From the IMG/VR virus record IMGVR_UViG_2061766007_000036: a stretch of 31,751 nucleotides of DNA. One strand, 5' to 3'. Each line of letters opens with the position of its first letter. Within the stretch, counting starts at the first letter, position 1. This stretch comes from an uncultured virus (IMG/VR IMGVR_UViG_2061766007_000036) (lineage: Duplodnaviria; Heunggongvirae; Uroviricota; Caudoviricetes). Position numbers and translations under genes: made by a program. Below the pieces are notes generated by a model, which saw only the letters and a list, made by a program, of their open reading frames with translations, ran no database searches and had not been told where the DNA came from. This document shows, piece by piece, positions 17,283 through 24,971 of the stretch.

Positions 17283-17747
17283 TTAGGCATCCTCTTCCTC
17301 GTCGTCTTCCCACTCGTCCTCGTAGTAGTCGTCGTCATCGTCATCGGTGGGCTCTCCGTACTCGAACGGGCCTGCGCACTTGTACACCGAGCCACGCTTC
17401 GGCACTTCGTACTGTGCGAGGAATTCCATGTCACAGCACTTATCGGCGACTTCCTTAAGAAGGTCTTCGTACTCGCCGTCGCTCTTAATCGTGCGAATCT
17501 CGAGCAGTTCATCGAGTTCGGCGTAGCGGAACAGCCAATTGGCGTAGGAAGAGAGGTCGTTGCACCATCCCTTGAGCCAATACCTGTTGTCGAACACGTC
17601 GCCGTCGTTGTACCACTTGTAAACGAGTTTGTTCACAGCGGTAACAATCTGCGAAGCCATCGTTTCCCCTTCGCCCCTAACGGGCAGGTACTTCGCATCG
17701 ACAGCATCAAACTTCGGGTCATTGTAGTAGTTCCAATCTACGCTCAT
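17283..17747 (-). CDS. Hypothetical protein with highly acidic C-terminal tail
   Basis: AGGAGG RBS; tail DDDDDDYYEDEWEDDEEEDA. Confidence 0.8.
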   Translation of the reverse strand: MSVDWNYYNDPKFDAVDAKYLPVRGEGETMASQIVTAVNKLVYKWYNDGDVFDNRYWLKGWCNDLSSYANWLFRYAELDELLEIRTIKSDGEYEDLLKEVADKCCDMEFLAQYEVPKRGSVYKCAGPFEYGEPTDDDDDDYYEDEWEDDEEEDA

Positions 17748-17748
17748 G

Positions 17749-17934
17749 TTAGCATCCTCCTTCTCTGCATTTAGCAATGTATCTTCCGTTTGTGGAGAGT
17801 TCCCACTTGAGGTCTTCCTTGTTGTACCGACCCCACCAAGCGCCCTTCGACGTGAAGAGGTCGTACAGAGCCGTCTTGCAGTCTTTCTTAATCTTCACCT
17901 TGTAGAGGGCTTCCAAAGCCTTAATCTCTTTCAT
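17749..17934 (-). CDS. Hypothetical protein, 61 aa
   Basis: GAGGAGG RBS; promoter 17975-18003. Confidence 0.75.
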   Translation of the reverse strand: MKEIKALEALYKVKIKKDCKTALYDLFTSKGAWWGRYNKEDLKWELSTNGRYIAKCREGGC

Positions 17935-17974
17935 AGGGTTCCTCCTCGTTTGTTATCATGTCCTTACATTACAT

Positions 17975-18003
17975 ATGATACCACACACATACATAGATGT
18001 CAA
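17975..18003 (-). promoter_or_regulatory. sigmaA promoter TTGACA-17-TATCAT
   Basis: Direct reading. Confidence 0.8.
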
Positions 18004-18059
18004 CACCTAATATTAAATTTTTAGGATAATTTTTATAATAATTTTGGAGGGAAATAAAA

Positions 18060-18248
18060 ATGGCAACATCAGAAGCACAGAAGAAATACGCAAAGAAGCA
18101 CTTTGAAAAACTCGACACCGTCACCATCCGCCCGCTGAAAGGCACGAAGGAGCGGTGGCGCAAGTACGCCGCTCGGACTGGTCAATCTCTGACGCAGTTC
18201 ATCATCGACGCAGTCGAGGTCGCCATCATGCACATGGACGAGGATTGA
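18060..18248 (+). CDS. Ribbon-helix-helix protein, third paralogue
   Basis: SEAQKKYAKK...GTKE...GQSLTQFIIDA. Confidence 0.8.
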   Translation: MATSEAQKKYAKKHFEKLDTVTIRPLKGTKERWRKYAARTGQSLTQFIIDAVEVAIMHMDED

Positions 18249-18273
18249 TAATCCACCCCGTCGACGTACACAC

Positions 18274-18314
18274 AAAAAAAGAAGGACTGCCGGGTCTTCC
18301 CGACAGTCCTTTTT
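18274..18314. terminator. Bidirectional terminator
   Basis: A7-AAGGACTG...CAGTCCTT-T tract between convergent genes. Confidence 0.75.
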
Positions 18315-18350
18315 GTTGTTGCTGTAGTAATCTCCGTAACTCGCATAAGT

Positions 18351-18542
18351 TCATGGCTCGTACACCAACTCGTAAATGCCCAACAGGGTGTATCTGTACT
18401 GACTCGGCAGAGACGCATAGTAGTTGAACATGTCTTTTATTGCGTCTATGCTCATCGGGCACTCCGCCTTTATGGTCATTGTTTTACGCTTGTTCCATCC
18501 CATATGCCCCTGTTCTCTGTACATCACTTTGTATTTCTTCAT
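18351..18542 (-). CDS. Hypothetical protein
   Basis: GAGGAGG RBS. Confidence 0.7.
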   Translation of the reverse strand: MKKYKVMYREQGHMGWNKRKTMTIKAECPMSIDAIKDMFNYYASLPSQYRYTLLGIYELVYEP

Positions 18543-18556
18543 CTCGTGTTCCCTCC

Positions 18557-18877
18557 TCAATCAGTCGTCCTGTAGAAGTACGCAAGGTCTTCGCCCTTGA
18601 GGTTTTCTACGGCGTAACCGTCAGCCTTCTCCCAAAGGTCGTTGTAGACCTTGGCGAGCGTGTCGTTGTGTCCGTAGTGCTCCCAAATCTTCCAATTGAG
18701 AGCCATCACCAACTCGGTGAGGTAGACCACGTCGTCCTTCCATCCCTCAAAGGCTCTGCGGAAGGTGTCCTTCACAGCTCCGACCCCGAAGCAGTCAGCA
18801 ATGCTGAAGTCCTCGTAGAAGGTCGTCTGAGGCTTGTAGCCCGTCATCGCTTCAATGTTCCAAGTTTTAATCGTCAT
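18557..18877 (-). CDS. Conserved phage hypothetical protein
   Basis: GYKPQTTFYEDFSIAD...YLTELVMALNWKIWEHY; promoter 18928-18956. Confidence 0.85.
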   Translation of the reverse strand: MTIKTWNIEAMTGYKPQTTFYEDFSIADCFGVGAVKDTFRRAFEGWKDDVVYLTELVMALNWKIWEHYGHNDTLAKVYNDLWEKADGYAVENLKGEDLAYFYRTTD

Positions 18878-18927
18878 AGTAAAGTTCCTCCTTAAAAAGT
18901 TCGGTTCGTTCTCTTGTCTACGACATT

Positions 18928-18956
18928 ATAATACCACACATATATACTCCTGTCAA
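18928..18956 (-). promoter_or_regulatory. sigmaA promoter TTGACA-17-TATTAT
   Basis: Direct reading. Confidence 0.8.
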
Positions 18957-19380
18957 GCGTTTTTCTGCAAAAATTATTATTTTTCTCTTAAAAATGGGGC
19001 AAAAATAGCCTAAAATTAGGTTTTTATGTTAAAAAATGGTCTTGTCATGGGATTTTATTAGATTTTAAGGACGATTTGTTGCCTATACGGTAAGATTTTG
19101 TAAGAAGATTAAGAGACACGAATTTTAGATTTTTGTAAGCATCGGGCGTAGTTTACAGCCTAAAAACGCCTTAAAAACAGCAAAAAAGCCCCTTCAAACG
19201 CCTTGAAGAGGCTCGAAATCCCTATATTTTCCTACATTTTCTTGCAGATTGGTAATCTTCAACGGATAAACATCGCATCAGCAAATATATACGGAAATTG
19301 AACGTCAAGAAGTATTGACGAACGGAAAGGAATAATCTTTAATTTGAGTGCAAATAACATCACAGCAACTGTAGCAGGCG

Positions 19381-19614
19381 TTACCGGGTGTCAATCGAAG
19401 ATTGATAATCCTCATCCGGGACGTACTCGATGAGGTCTTCCACTCTGCACCGTAAGATAGCGCAGAATTTGTTTATCGTGTCCAAGGACACTAACCCACC
19501 ATTCCGCAGATTCTGTATCGACCTTTCCCCGAGTATGTGCTCGTTACGTAATCGTGTAGACGAATACCCCGCTTTCTTCAGTTCCGACAAAACGTTCACC
19601 TTGTAAACAATCAT
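19381..19614 (-). CDS. Cro/C1-type HTH protein
   Basis: IQNLRNG...SLDTINKFCAILRCRVEDLIEYVPD. Confidence 0.85.
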   Translation of the reverse strand: MIVYKVNVLSELKKAGYSSTRLRNEHILGERSIQNLRNGGLVSLDTINKFCAILRCRVEDLIEYVPDEDYQSSIDTR

Positions 19615-19652
19615 TTCTTCCTCCAAAAACACAAAAAACTCTAAAAATAGTG

Positions 19653-19681
19653 TTGACATACACTACATATAGTGTTATAAT
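19653..19681 (+). promoter_or_regulatory. sigmaA promoter TTGACA-17-TATAAT containing inverted repeat ACACTA-N4-TAGTGT
   Basis: Direct reading. Confidence 0.85.
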
Positions 19682-19724
19682 AATAGCGTCAAAAGACAAC
19701 AGAAGGCGAAAGGAAGAGTGAGAC

Positions 19725-19940
19725 ATGAGCGAACTCGAGAAGAGATTACAACGGAACGAAGCGGTAGGCAAAGCACAGGTGAAGGTTTTCCGAATTGAGG
19801 CGTTGGTTGACTTAGTGTCGGACTACCTAACCAACCACGCAAACGAACCGTCAGAGGAACGGTTCGACAAGGTGTCGGATGTGATAGAGGTTGTCTCCGA
19901 AGAGGTAAAGAAACTCGAAGAGATGCTGTTTGACCTGTAA
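19725..19940 (+). CDS. Acidic helical hypothetical protein, 71 aa
   Basis: Follows promoter; terminator ~19946-19973. Confidence 0.75.
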   Translation: MSELEKRLQRNEAVGKAQVKVFRIEALVDLVSDYLTNHANEPSEERFDKVSDVIEVVSEEVKKLEEMLFDL

Positions 19941-19994
19941 GAACAGGGGCGGAGAAATCCGCCCCCTTCTTTTGCGCTTATGCGAGATTGAAAA

Positions 19995-20255
19995 TCACTG
20001 CACCTCTTTGTCCCAGTCGTCAACCGGGGCTCCGATTTCCTTGAACTGTTCTCTCATGAAGTCCTTCATTTCTGCGAAGCGTGAACGGAACTCCGCCAAA
20101 TCCTCGACCGCTGTAACAGAGTCCGCTAATTCTTTGTATGCGCAGGAGTTAAGGTACATGAAGTGGGACAGTCCTCTAACAAACGCCTTCTGTTTTCTCG
20201 AAGACCTCATCAGAGCAAGAACCGCAATCGCAAGTATTGCGACAAGAATCTTCAT
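19995..20255 (-). CDS. Hypothetical protein with N-terminal membrane anchor
   Basis: MKILVAILAIAVLAL; TAATG coupling. Confidence 0.7.
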   Translation of the reverse strand: MKILVAILAIAVLALMRSSRKQKAFVRGLSHFMYLNSCAYKELADSVTAVEDLAEFRSRFAEMKDFMREQFKEIGAPVDDWDKEVQ

Positions 20256-20428
20256 TACCATAGTCCCACCGCCCATCCTACGAGCAGAACATCGGTAAGT
20301 CCGTCATCTTTAGGCTCATACTTAAAACAAATATCATCTGTTCTCAGTCTCTTCTGCTTGCGAACGCAGAAAAGGCTGTCCTTTTTTATCGTGCAATAGC
20401 CGCAATCACGGCAAGTGTATTTCCTCAT
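20255..20428 (-). CDS. Cys-rich hypothetical protein, 57 aa (MRKYTCRDCGYC...), not in ORF track
   Basis: AGGAGG RBS. Confidence 0.65.
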   Translation of the reverse strand: MRKYTCRDCGYCTIKKDSLFCVRKQKRLRTDDICFKYEPKDDGLTDVLLVGWAVGLW

Positions 20429-20446
20429 CAGCATCCTCCTATTGAT

Positions 20447-20567
20447 AATCCCCCGCAGGGGTCTGCGCTACGGTGGGTGTAAGGTAAACAAGACAACAAA
20501 CAACTTTGAAGAGGTACTTCAAGGCGAAAGTGTAGAGACACCATAGCGCAGGCTTCCACAGGGGATT
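20447..20567 (-). ncRNA. Candidate hairpin sRNA with loop antisense to early-gene leader consensus
   Basis: Stems 20556-20567/20447-20459 and 20539-20551/20463-20475 with four G.U pairs on - strand; promoter TTGACT(20600-05)-17-AATAAT(20577-82) directly upstream. Confidence 0.7.
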
Positions 20568-20601
20568 GCCGTTATTATTATTCCCTATTTTATTGATAAA
20601 G

Positions 20602-21132
20602 TCAAGTGACCAAGGGCTCGATTAAGTCCCACACCGTTTTGTCCTCAAGGAACAAGTCCATGTAGTCCTTCGCCTGTCTGACGCTGATTGCCCGTACGAA
20701 GTCCTTGAGTCCCGTGTACTCCTCGTTGTAGTACACAAGGAAGAACTCGTTGTTGTGGTCAAGGTACAGCTCCGTTGCACAGTCGTACTCGTACGTGTCC
20801 TTTCCAACGTCTCCGCAGACGTAGAATGAATCTTCCGTGGAGAACATCCTGCGGTCGTAGACACCTCTTACCTTTCTGAGCATCCCTTTCCGTGCAGGCA
20901 GGAAGAACTTCTTTTTCTCTGTATCGTAGTAGTAAACACGAACTCCGCTAAGCGTCAGAAGGTCGTTGTACTCCTCGGCGGAAACCGTGTGTCTCTTTAT
21001 CTTTCCGTTCAGTTTTTGCGCAGACCACCGTTCCTCGGGGAACGCCTCGTTAGCCTTTTCCGCCAACTCTTTCTGCGTGATGTGCATGCTCTTAAGTAAG
21101 CCTTTAAAAGTGTTCTCTAAATCGAATCTCAT
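20602..21132 (-). CDS. Protein with N-terminal XRE-like HTH
   Basis: ITQKELAEK...WSAQKLNGKIK. Confidence 0.7.
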   Translation of the reverse strand: MRFDLENTFKGLLKSMHITQKELAEKANEAFPEERWSAQKLNGKIKRHTVSAEEYNDLLTLSGVRVYYYDTEKKKFFLPARKGMLRKVRGVYDRRMFSTEDSFYVCGDVGKDTYEYDCATELYLDHNNEFFLVYYNEEYTGLKDFVRAISVRQAKDYMDLFLEDKTVWDLIEPLVT

Positions 21133-21223
21133 CGTATCCCTCCTCTCATTTCTATGTTGCCACAGTCTGGGCGGAATGTCAAGTAATTATCCTACAATCT
21201 ATTGATAATCCGCCGACCGAGGT

Positions 21224-21439
21224 TCATTTCGCAACGAACCTCAGCATCGCCAAGAGATACAGCAGGATAAACCCGAACGCAAATACTGCAATCCCCTGTA
21301 TCAGTATTACGAGGGCATATCCTACCGCTCTCATCTTTCTGCGTCTGTTAATAGTCTTGGTCATTGCGAAACGCCTGCGTTGCGCCTTCACAGCGTCTGT
21401 GTGGGCGTTTGTAATCTTGCAGAACACTTCCGTATCCAT
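21224..21439 (-). CDS. Small membrane protein
   Basis: C-terminal hydrophobic helix; RBS. Confidence 0.7.
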   Translation of the reverse strand: MDTEVFCKITNAHTDAVKAQRRRFAMTKTINRRRKMRAVGYALVILIQGIAVFAFGFILLYLLAMLRFVAK

Positions 21440-21443
21440 TGAT

Positions 21444-21746
21444 TCACGCCCCCTTCCTGTAGTAGCGAATAGCGCTGTAGCAGTCGCTTCCGTCTTCCTC
21501 TGTCACATCCACGCTCACGAGGCTGAAGCCAATCAGACCAAGCACCCAATCGCACCGCAGGTGCTCGTGCTTCCAATCGCCCCAATGAATCTCTACGGAA
21601 ATGTCCTTGGTTCCGTACATCATCGGCTCAGCGTCTCCGTAGACATCGTGCTTGTTCAGAAGCCTCTCGGCTTCCACAGCCATCTCGAACCGTTCATTGA
21701 ACCTCTTGTTCAGTTCGTCTCTATCCATCTCGTACAGGTCAAACAT
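21444..21746 (-). CDS. Conserved phage hypothetical protein
   Basis: VEIHWGDWKHEHLR...EEDGSDCYSA; promoter 21791-21819. Confidence 0.8.
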   Translation of the reverse strand: MFDLYEMDRDELNKRFNERFEMAVEAERLLNKHDVYGDAEPMMYGTKDISVEIHWGDWKHEHLRCDWVLGLIGFSLVSVDVTEEDGSDCYSAIRYYRKGA

Positions 21747-21790
21747 CTCAAAGTCCTCCTTCAAAAGTCTTATTCCCTTACTGCTCTTAA

Positions 21791-21819
21791 ATTATACCAC
21801 ATATATCTACATATGTCAA
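21791..21819 (-). promoter_or_regulatory. sigmaA promoter TTGACA-17-TATAAT
   Basis: Direct reading. Confidence 0.85.
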
Positions 21820-21908
21820 CACCCTATATTAAATTTTTAGGATTATTTTTTGACGGAGAAAGGTGGCTTGACCGATTGATAATCCTGCACGCCAAAAAAA
21901 GAAGAGGC

Positions 21909-22136
21909 TCATGCGAGCCCCTTCTCCGCAAGGAAGGTCTGAAGGTCAATCGCCTTCCCCTCAAAGAACTTTGCGTACTTGAGGAGTTCCTCGTGCGTCC
22001 ACACGAAGTTGAAGCGGAGCCCTCTGCACTTGAGTGCGGAAGCGAAATCCTTCTTGTATTTGAAGGCATCGCTTTTCACACAAGCGTAGGCTTTTTTGTT
22101 TTTCGTGCCGAAGCACACCGTGTAGTAAGTATTCAT
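21909..22136 (-). CDS. Hypothetical protein (MNTYYTVCFG...)
   Basis: AGGAGGT RBS before ATG 22136. Confidence 0.75.
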   Translation of the reverse strand: MNTYYTVCFGTKNKKAYACVKSDAFKYKKDFASALKCRGLRFNFVWTHEELLKYAKFFEGKAIDLQTFLAEKGLA

Positions 22137-22297
22137 AGAAGTACCTCCTGTTAAGTTGTATTGTTCCTTACTGTCTATATGATACCACACATACACGGCA
22201 AAAGGTCGCCCGACAGGCGACTTTGAAACTTTCGGAAATCTTTTCGCAAATCCGTCTATAGCGGATTGATAATCTTCCCCCATAAAAAAGAGGCGCT

Positions 22298-22570
22298 TTA
22301 CAGCGCCTCTGCGAGGAATTTCCTCTTTAGCAGGGTCTCCTCAGCCCGAGTGTCGGGAAGGTAGTAGTCGTACCCATCAGCGGTGTCGTTGTACTGAAAC
22401 ACCCTAATGAGCCAATCCCCATCGGGTAGGGTTCCCATCATATAGTAGGAAGTCCCTGTGCGGAACGCCTTTTCGAGGACATAACCGAGTTCGGCATTGG
22501 TGTAAACCTCACCGTTCAGTTTGCCTTCCGTAAGGCGCATCAGCCAATATGCAGTTTCGTGCAGAGTCAT
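22298..22570 (-). CDS. Hypothetical protein, 90 aa
   Basis: AAGGAGGT RBS. Confidence 0.8.
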   Translation of the reverse strand: MTLHETAYWLMRLTEGKLNGEVYTNAELGYVLEKAFRTGTSYYMMGTLPDGDWLIRVFQYNDTADGYDYYLPDTRAEETLLKRKFLAEAL

Positions 22571-22608
22571 TGTATGACCTCCTTATGAAGTTTTGATGTG
22601 GTGGGGTA

Positions 22609-22839
22609 TCAGAACCCCACCGTTACCTTTCCGTCTTTCTGAAGGTTGACAGGCTCTCCAATGAGGCATTCAACCATCTCCTTGCAAGCAATCATTGCAT
22701 GCATCTTGGACATCATCCATTCGTTCTCCACGGAGTCTTTCGCTTTGCCTTCCGCTCGCTTCTCCCACTCCTTGAAGTCGTCCATCATGGACTGCAAGTA
22801 GCGGAGCATTCCGTATTTCATCAGTTCGCCATCAGTCAT
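22609..22839 (-). CDS. Hypothetical protein, 76 aa
   Basis: AAGGAGG RBS. Confidence 0.8.
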   Translation of the reverse strand: MTDGELMKYGMLRYLQSMMDDFKEWEKRAEGKAKDSVENEWMMSKMHAMIACKEMVECLIGEPVNLQKDGKVTVGF

Positions 22840-22851
22840 TTTAGTTCCTCC

Positions 22852-23100
22852 TTAAGCAGTAAACGGTTTTGTTTTGCACTCTATAAAAATTCTTCTCGTG
22901 TAATTGTTCGCTTCGCACCACACCCAAATCTCACGGAAGTTCTTCGTGAGAAGTTCTTCGGGAATTTCCTCTACCGTGTTGAAACCGCCCTCTTGGTAGA
23001 AGTCGTCCATGTGGTTGCTTCTGTACACTCTCACATAGTATTTGACCGTCCATCCGTAGGAAGGCTTCTCGGTCTTAACTCTTTCTTTAATCGTCATCAC
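22852..23100 (-). CDS. Hypothetical protein, 82 aa
   Basis: Coupled to upstream stop; GGAGGT RBS. Confidence 0.75.
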   Translation of the reverse strand: MMTIKERVKTEKPSYGWTVKYYVRVYRSNHMDDFYQEGGFNTVEEIPEELLTKNFREIWVWCEANNYTRRIFIECKTKPFTA

Positions 23101-23423
23101 AGCACCTCCTGCACCTGCGAGAATCCGAAGAATCTCGCCTTGTAAATGGCTCCGTCACCCTTCGCCCCATAAATGAGGTCGCATCCGAACAGTGCCTTGG
23201 AGCCGTGAATCACTTCGTAGCCGACTTTCTTCCAATCAGCCCAAGTGCGAGTCTCCTCGGTCACTCCCGCTTCAGCCTTCGCTTCAGCAATCCTACGAGC
23301 GTTCTCGTCAACCGCTTTAGCGGAAATCCACGCTCTGTGAAGGCACTCGCCGAAAGGAAGTTCCTTCTTGTTCTTTCTGTAGTTGTTCCATGCATTCAGC
23401 ATAATGTTTCGCAGGTCGTACAT
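23097..23423 (-). CDS. Phage protein with ArdC-N-like ssDNA-binding motif
   Basis: TWADWKKVGYEVIHGSKA...FFGFSQV resembles the ArdC N-terminal motif. Confidence 0.55.
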   Translation of the reverse strand: MYDLRNIMLNAWNNYRKNKKELPFGECLHRAWISAKAVDENARRIAEAKAEAGVTEETRTWADWKKVGYEVIHGSKALFGCDLIYGAKGDGAIYKARFFGFSQVQEVL

Positions 23424-23471
23424 TGTAAGTCCTCCTTCAAAGGTCGTGTTCTTCATCTCTTCTGTGTCTCT

Positions 23472-23501
23472 ATTATAATCCCACACATATATATCTGTCA
23501 A
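23472..23501 (-). promoter_or_regulatory. sigmaA promoter TTGACA-18-TATAAT
   Basis: Direct reading. Confidence 0.75.
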
Positions 23502-23597
23502 GCACAAATATGCAATTTTTAGGATTTTTTATGATGTAAAAGTGTACAAGATTCGCATGCAATATATCTACATATTTCAACATAGTGCACAAAAGGC

Positions 23598-23712
23598 TTG
23601 ACATGCGGTAAATTACTCGTTAGAATAAGGATGTGGTTTTTCTGTGGATTGCTGTTTTGTTTATGCATGATTACTCCTTTCGGCACGAGAGTCTCCTTCG
23701 GGAGGCTCTTTT
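23598..23712 (+). ncRNA. Candidate ~80-nt sRNA (promoter TTGACA-17-TAGAAT; terminator 23688-23712) with anti-SD/anti-AUG segment
   Basis: Promoter, CATGATTACTCCTTTCG, UUCG hairpin + T tract; no + strand ORF fits. Confidence 0.55.
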
Positions 23713-23781
23713 GCTTTAGATTGATAATCCGCCCCACCAACAAAAAAAGGAGCCCCGAAGGGCTCCATCGTCTGTCTGCCG

Positions 23782-24024
23782 TCACGGCAGTTCCTTCTCC
23801 AACTTTTTGCATACGGTCTTCACCCACTCATTGCGTCCGTCCACGCCGTAGGCATCGGAAGCTGCGTACCGAATGAACTCACATACAAGTTCCATCCACT
23901 CGGACTGAAGAGCTCTGTGCTCTCGGCTCATCGCCTCACAGAAGCCTTTTCTGCTGAAGCCGAACGGGTTAAGAGCGTCGGTAATAGCGGAAGCAAGTTC
24001 CTTCTCACGGGTCATGTCTTTCAT
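23782..24024 (-). CDS. Hypothetical protein, 80 aa
   Basis: AGGAGGT RBS; promoter TTGACA-17-TATATT at 24065-24093. Confidence 0.8.
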   Translation of the reverse strand: MKDMTREKELASAITDALNPFGFSRKGFCEAMSREHRALQSEWMELVCEFIRYAASDAYGVDGRNEWVKTVCKKLEKELP

Positions 24025-24167
24025 AGTAGTACCTCCTAAAGAATGTTATCTTGTTTACGGTACTAATATACCATATATTTACATAGATGTCAAGCAACAG
24101 AATGAAACTGTAACCTTTTGTAACCATCCACTTCGAGGTCGTATCGAGGCGTTGATTGATAATCCTG

Positions 24168-24265
24168 TTGACACGCCCGATGTAGGTGTGGTACTATACG
24201 AGTACATTTTAATAGTGCGACACATCTATCCGCAGGAGGCGCAGTCGAAAGACTGCGTCTCTTTG
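24168..24265 (+). ncRNA. Candidate ~60-nt sRNA (promoter TTGACA-18-TACTAT; 11-bp GAAA-tetraloop hairpin 24236-24261)
   Basis: Promoter plus hairpin, no ORF, flanked by motif copies 24154 and 24278. Confidence 0.45.
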
Positions 24266-24360
24266 CATGTGCAGGTGGATTGATAATATTGCGTGCCGAG
24301 CCACAGAACATGCAATCATCCGACACCACAAAAAATATTTAAAAATAATTAAAAAATGTG

Positions 24361-24389
24361 TTGACATATGTAGATATATGTGGTAAGCT
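24361..24389 (+). promoter_or_regulatory. sigmaA promoter TTGACA-17-TAAGCT (early family, + orientation)
   Basis: Direct reading; TGTGG extension. Confidence 0.75.
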
Positions 24390-24434
24390 ATAGACACTGA
24401 AAGAGGAACCGATAAAAAAGAAGGAGAACCTGCT

Positions 24435-24725
24435 ATGAAACTGTTTTCTTATGTGAAAGTGACCTGCAACTACATTTGGCAGAGCAAAGACGACTCTTCC
24501 GAGTACACCTACGGCTCCGTGCATGGTGCTCTGACGTTCTTGGAAGAGAACAAAGATGAGCTCCGTTGGTGCTCCGTAGAGGGCTACGATGTGTGCCCGT
24601 GCTACGAAGGGGACGAAGGCGGTCGGCTCTACCACGGGATGACTTACTTCAAGTATTGGACTCCCGAAAGAGAGCAGATAACGAACAACACGGACGAAGA
24701 CACGTTCATTGCCGTGACGATTTAA
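24435..24725 (+). CDS. Hypothetical protein, 96 aa
   Basis: AAGGAG RBS. Confidence 0.8.
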   Translation: MKLFSYVKVTCNYIWQSKDDSSEYTYGSVHGALTFLEENKDELRWCSVEGYDVCPCYEGDEGGRLYHGMTYFKYWTPEREQITNNTDEDTFIAVTI

Positions 24726-24740
24726 GAAGGAGGACTGTAC

Positions 24741-24971
24741 ATGAACAAGATTCGCAGAGCACAGATTCAGAAGTTGATAGACAAGATTGACGAAGTGATG
24801 TTTGACCTCGAGGACATTCAGTACGATGAAGAGTCCGCCCGTGACAGCATTCCCGAGAACCTGCAAGGCTCCGAGAGGTACGAGAAGGCAGAAGAAGCGT
24901 GCGACAACCTTGAGTCAGCAATGGACTACCTTGAGGAAGTCAAAGACTATTTAGAGGAGGCAATAGCATAA
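24741..24971 (+). CDS. Highly acidic conserved phage helical protein
   Basis: MNKIRR...EESARDSIPENLQGSERYEKAEEA. Confidence 0.85.
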   Translation: MNKIRRAQIQKLIDKIDEVMFDLEDIQYDEESARDSIPENLQGSERYEKAEEACDNLESAMDYLEEVKDYLEEAIA

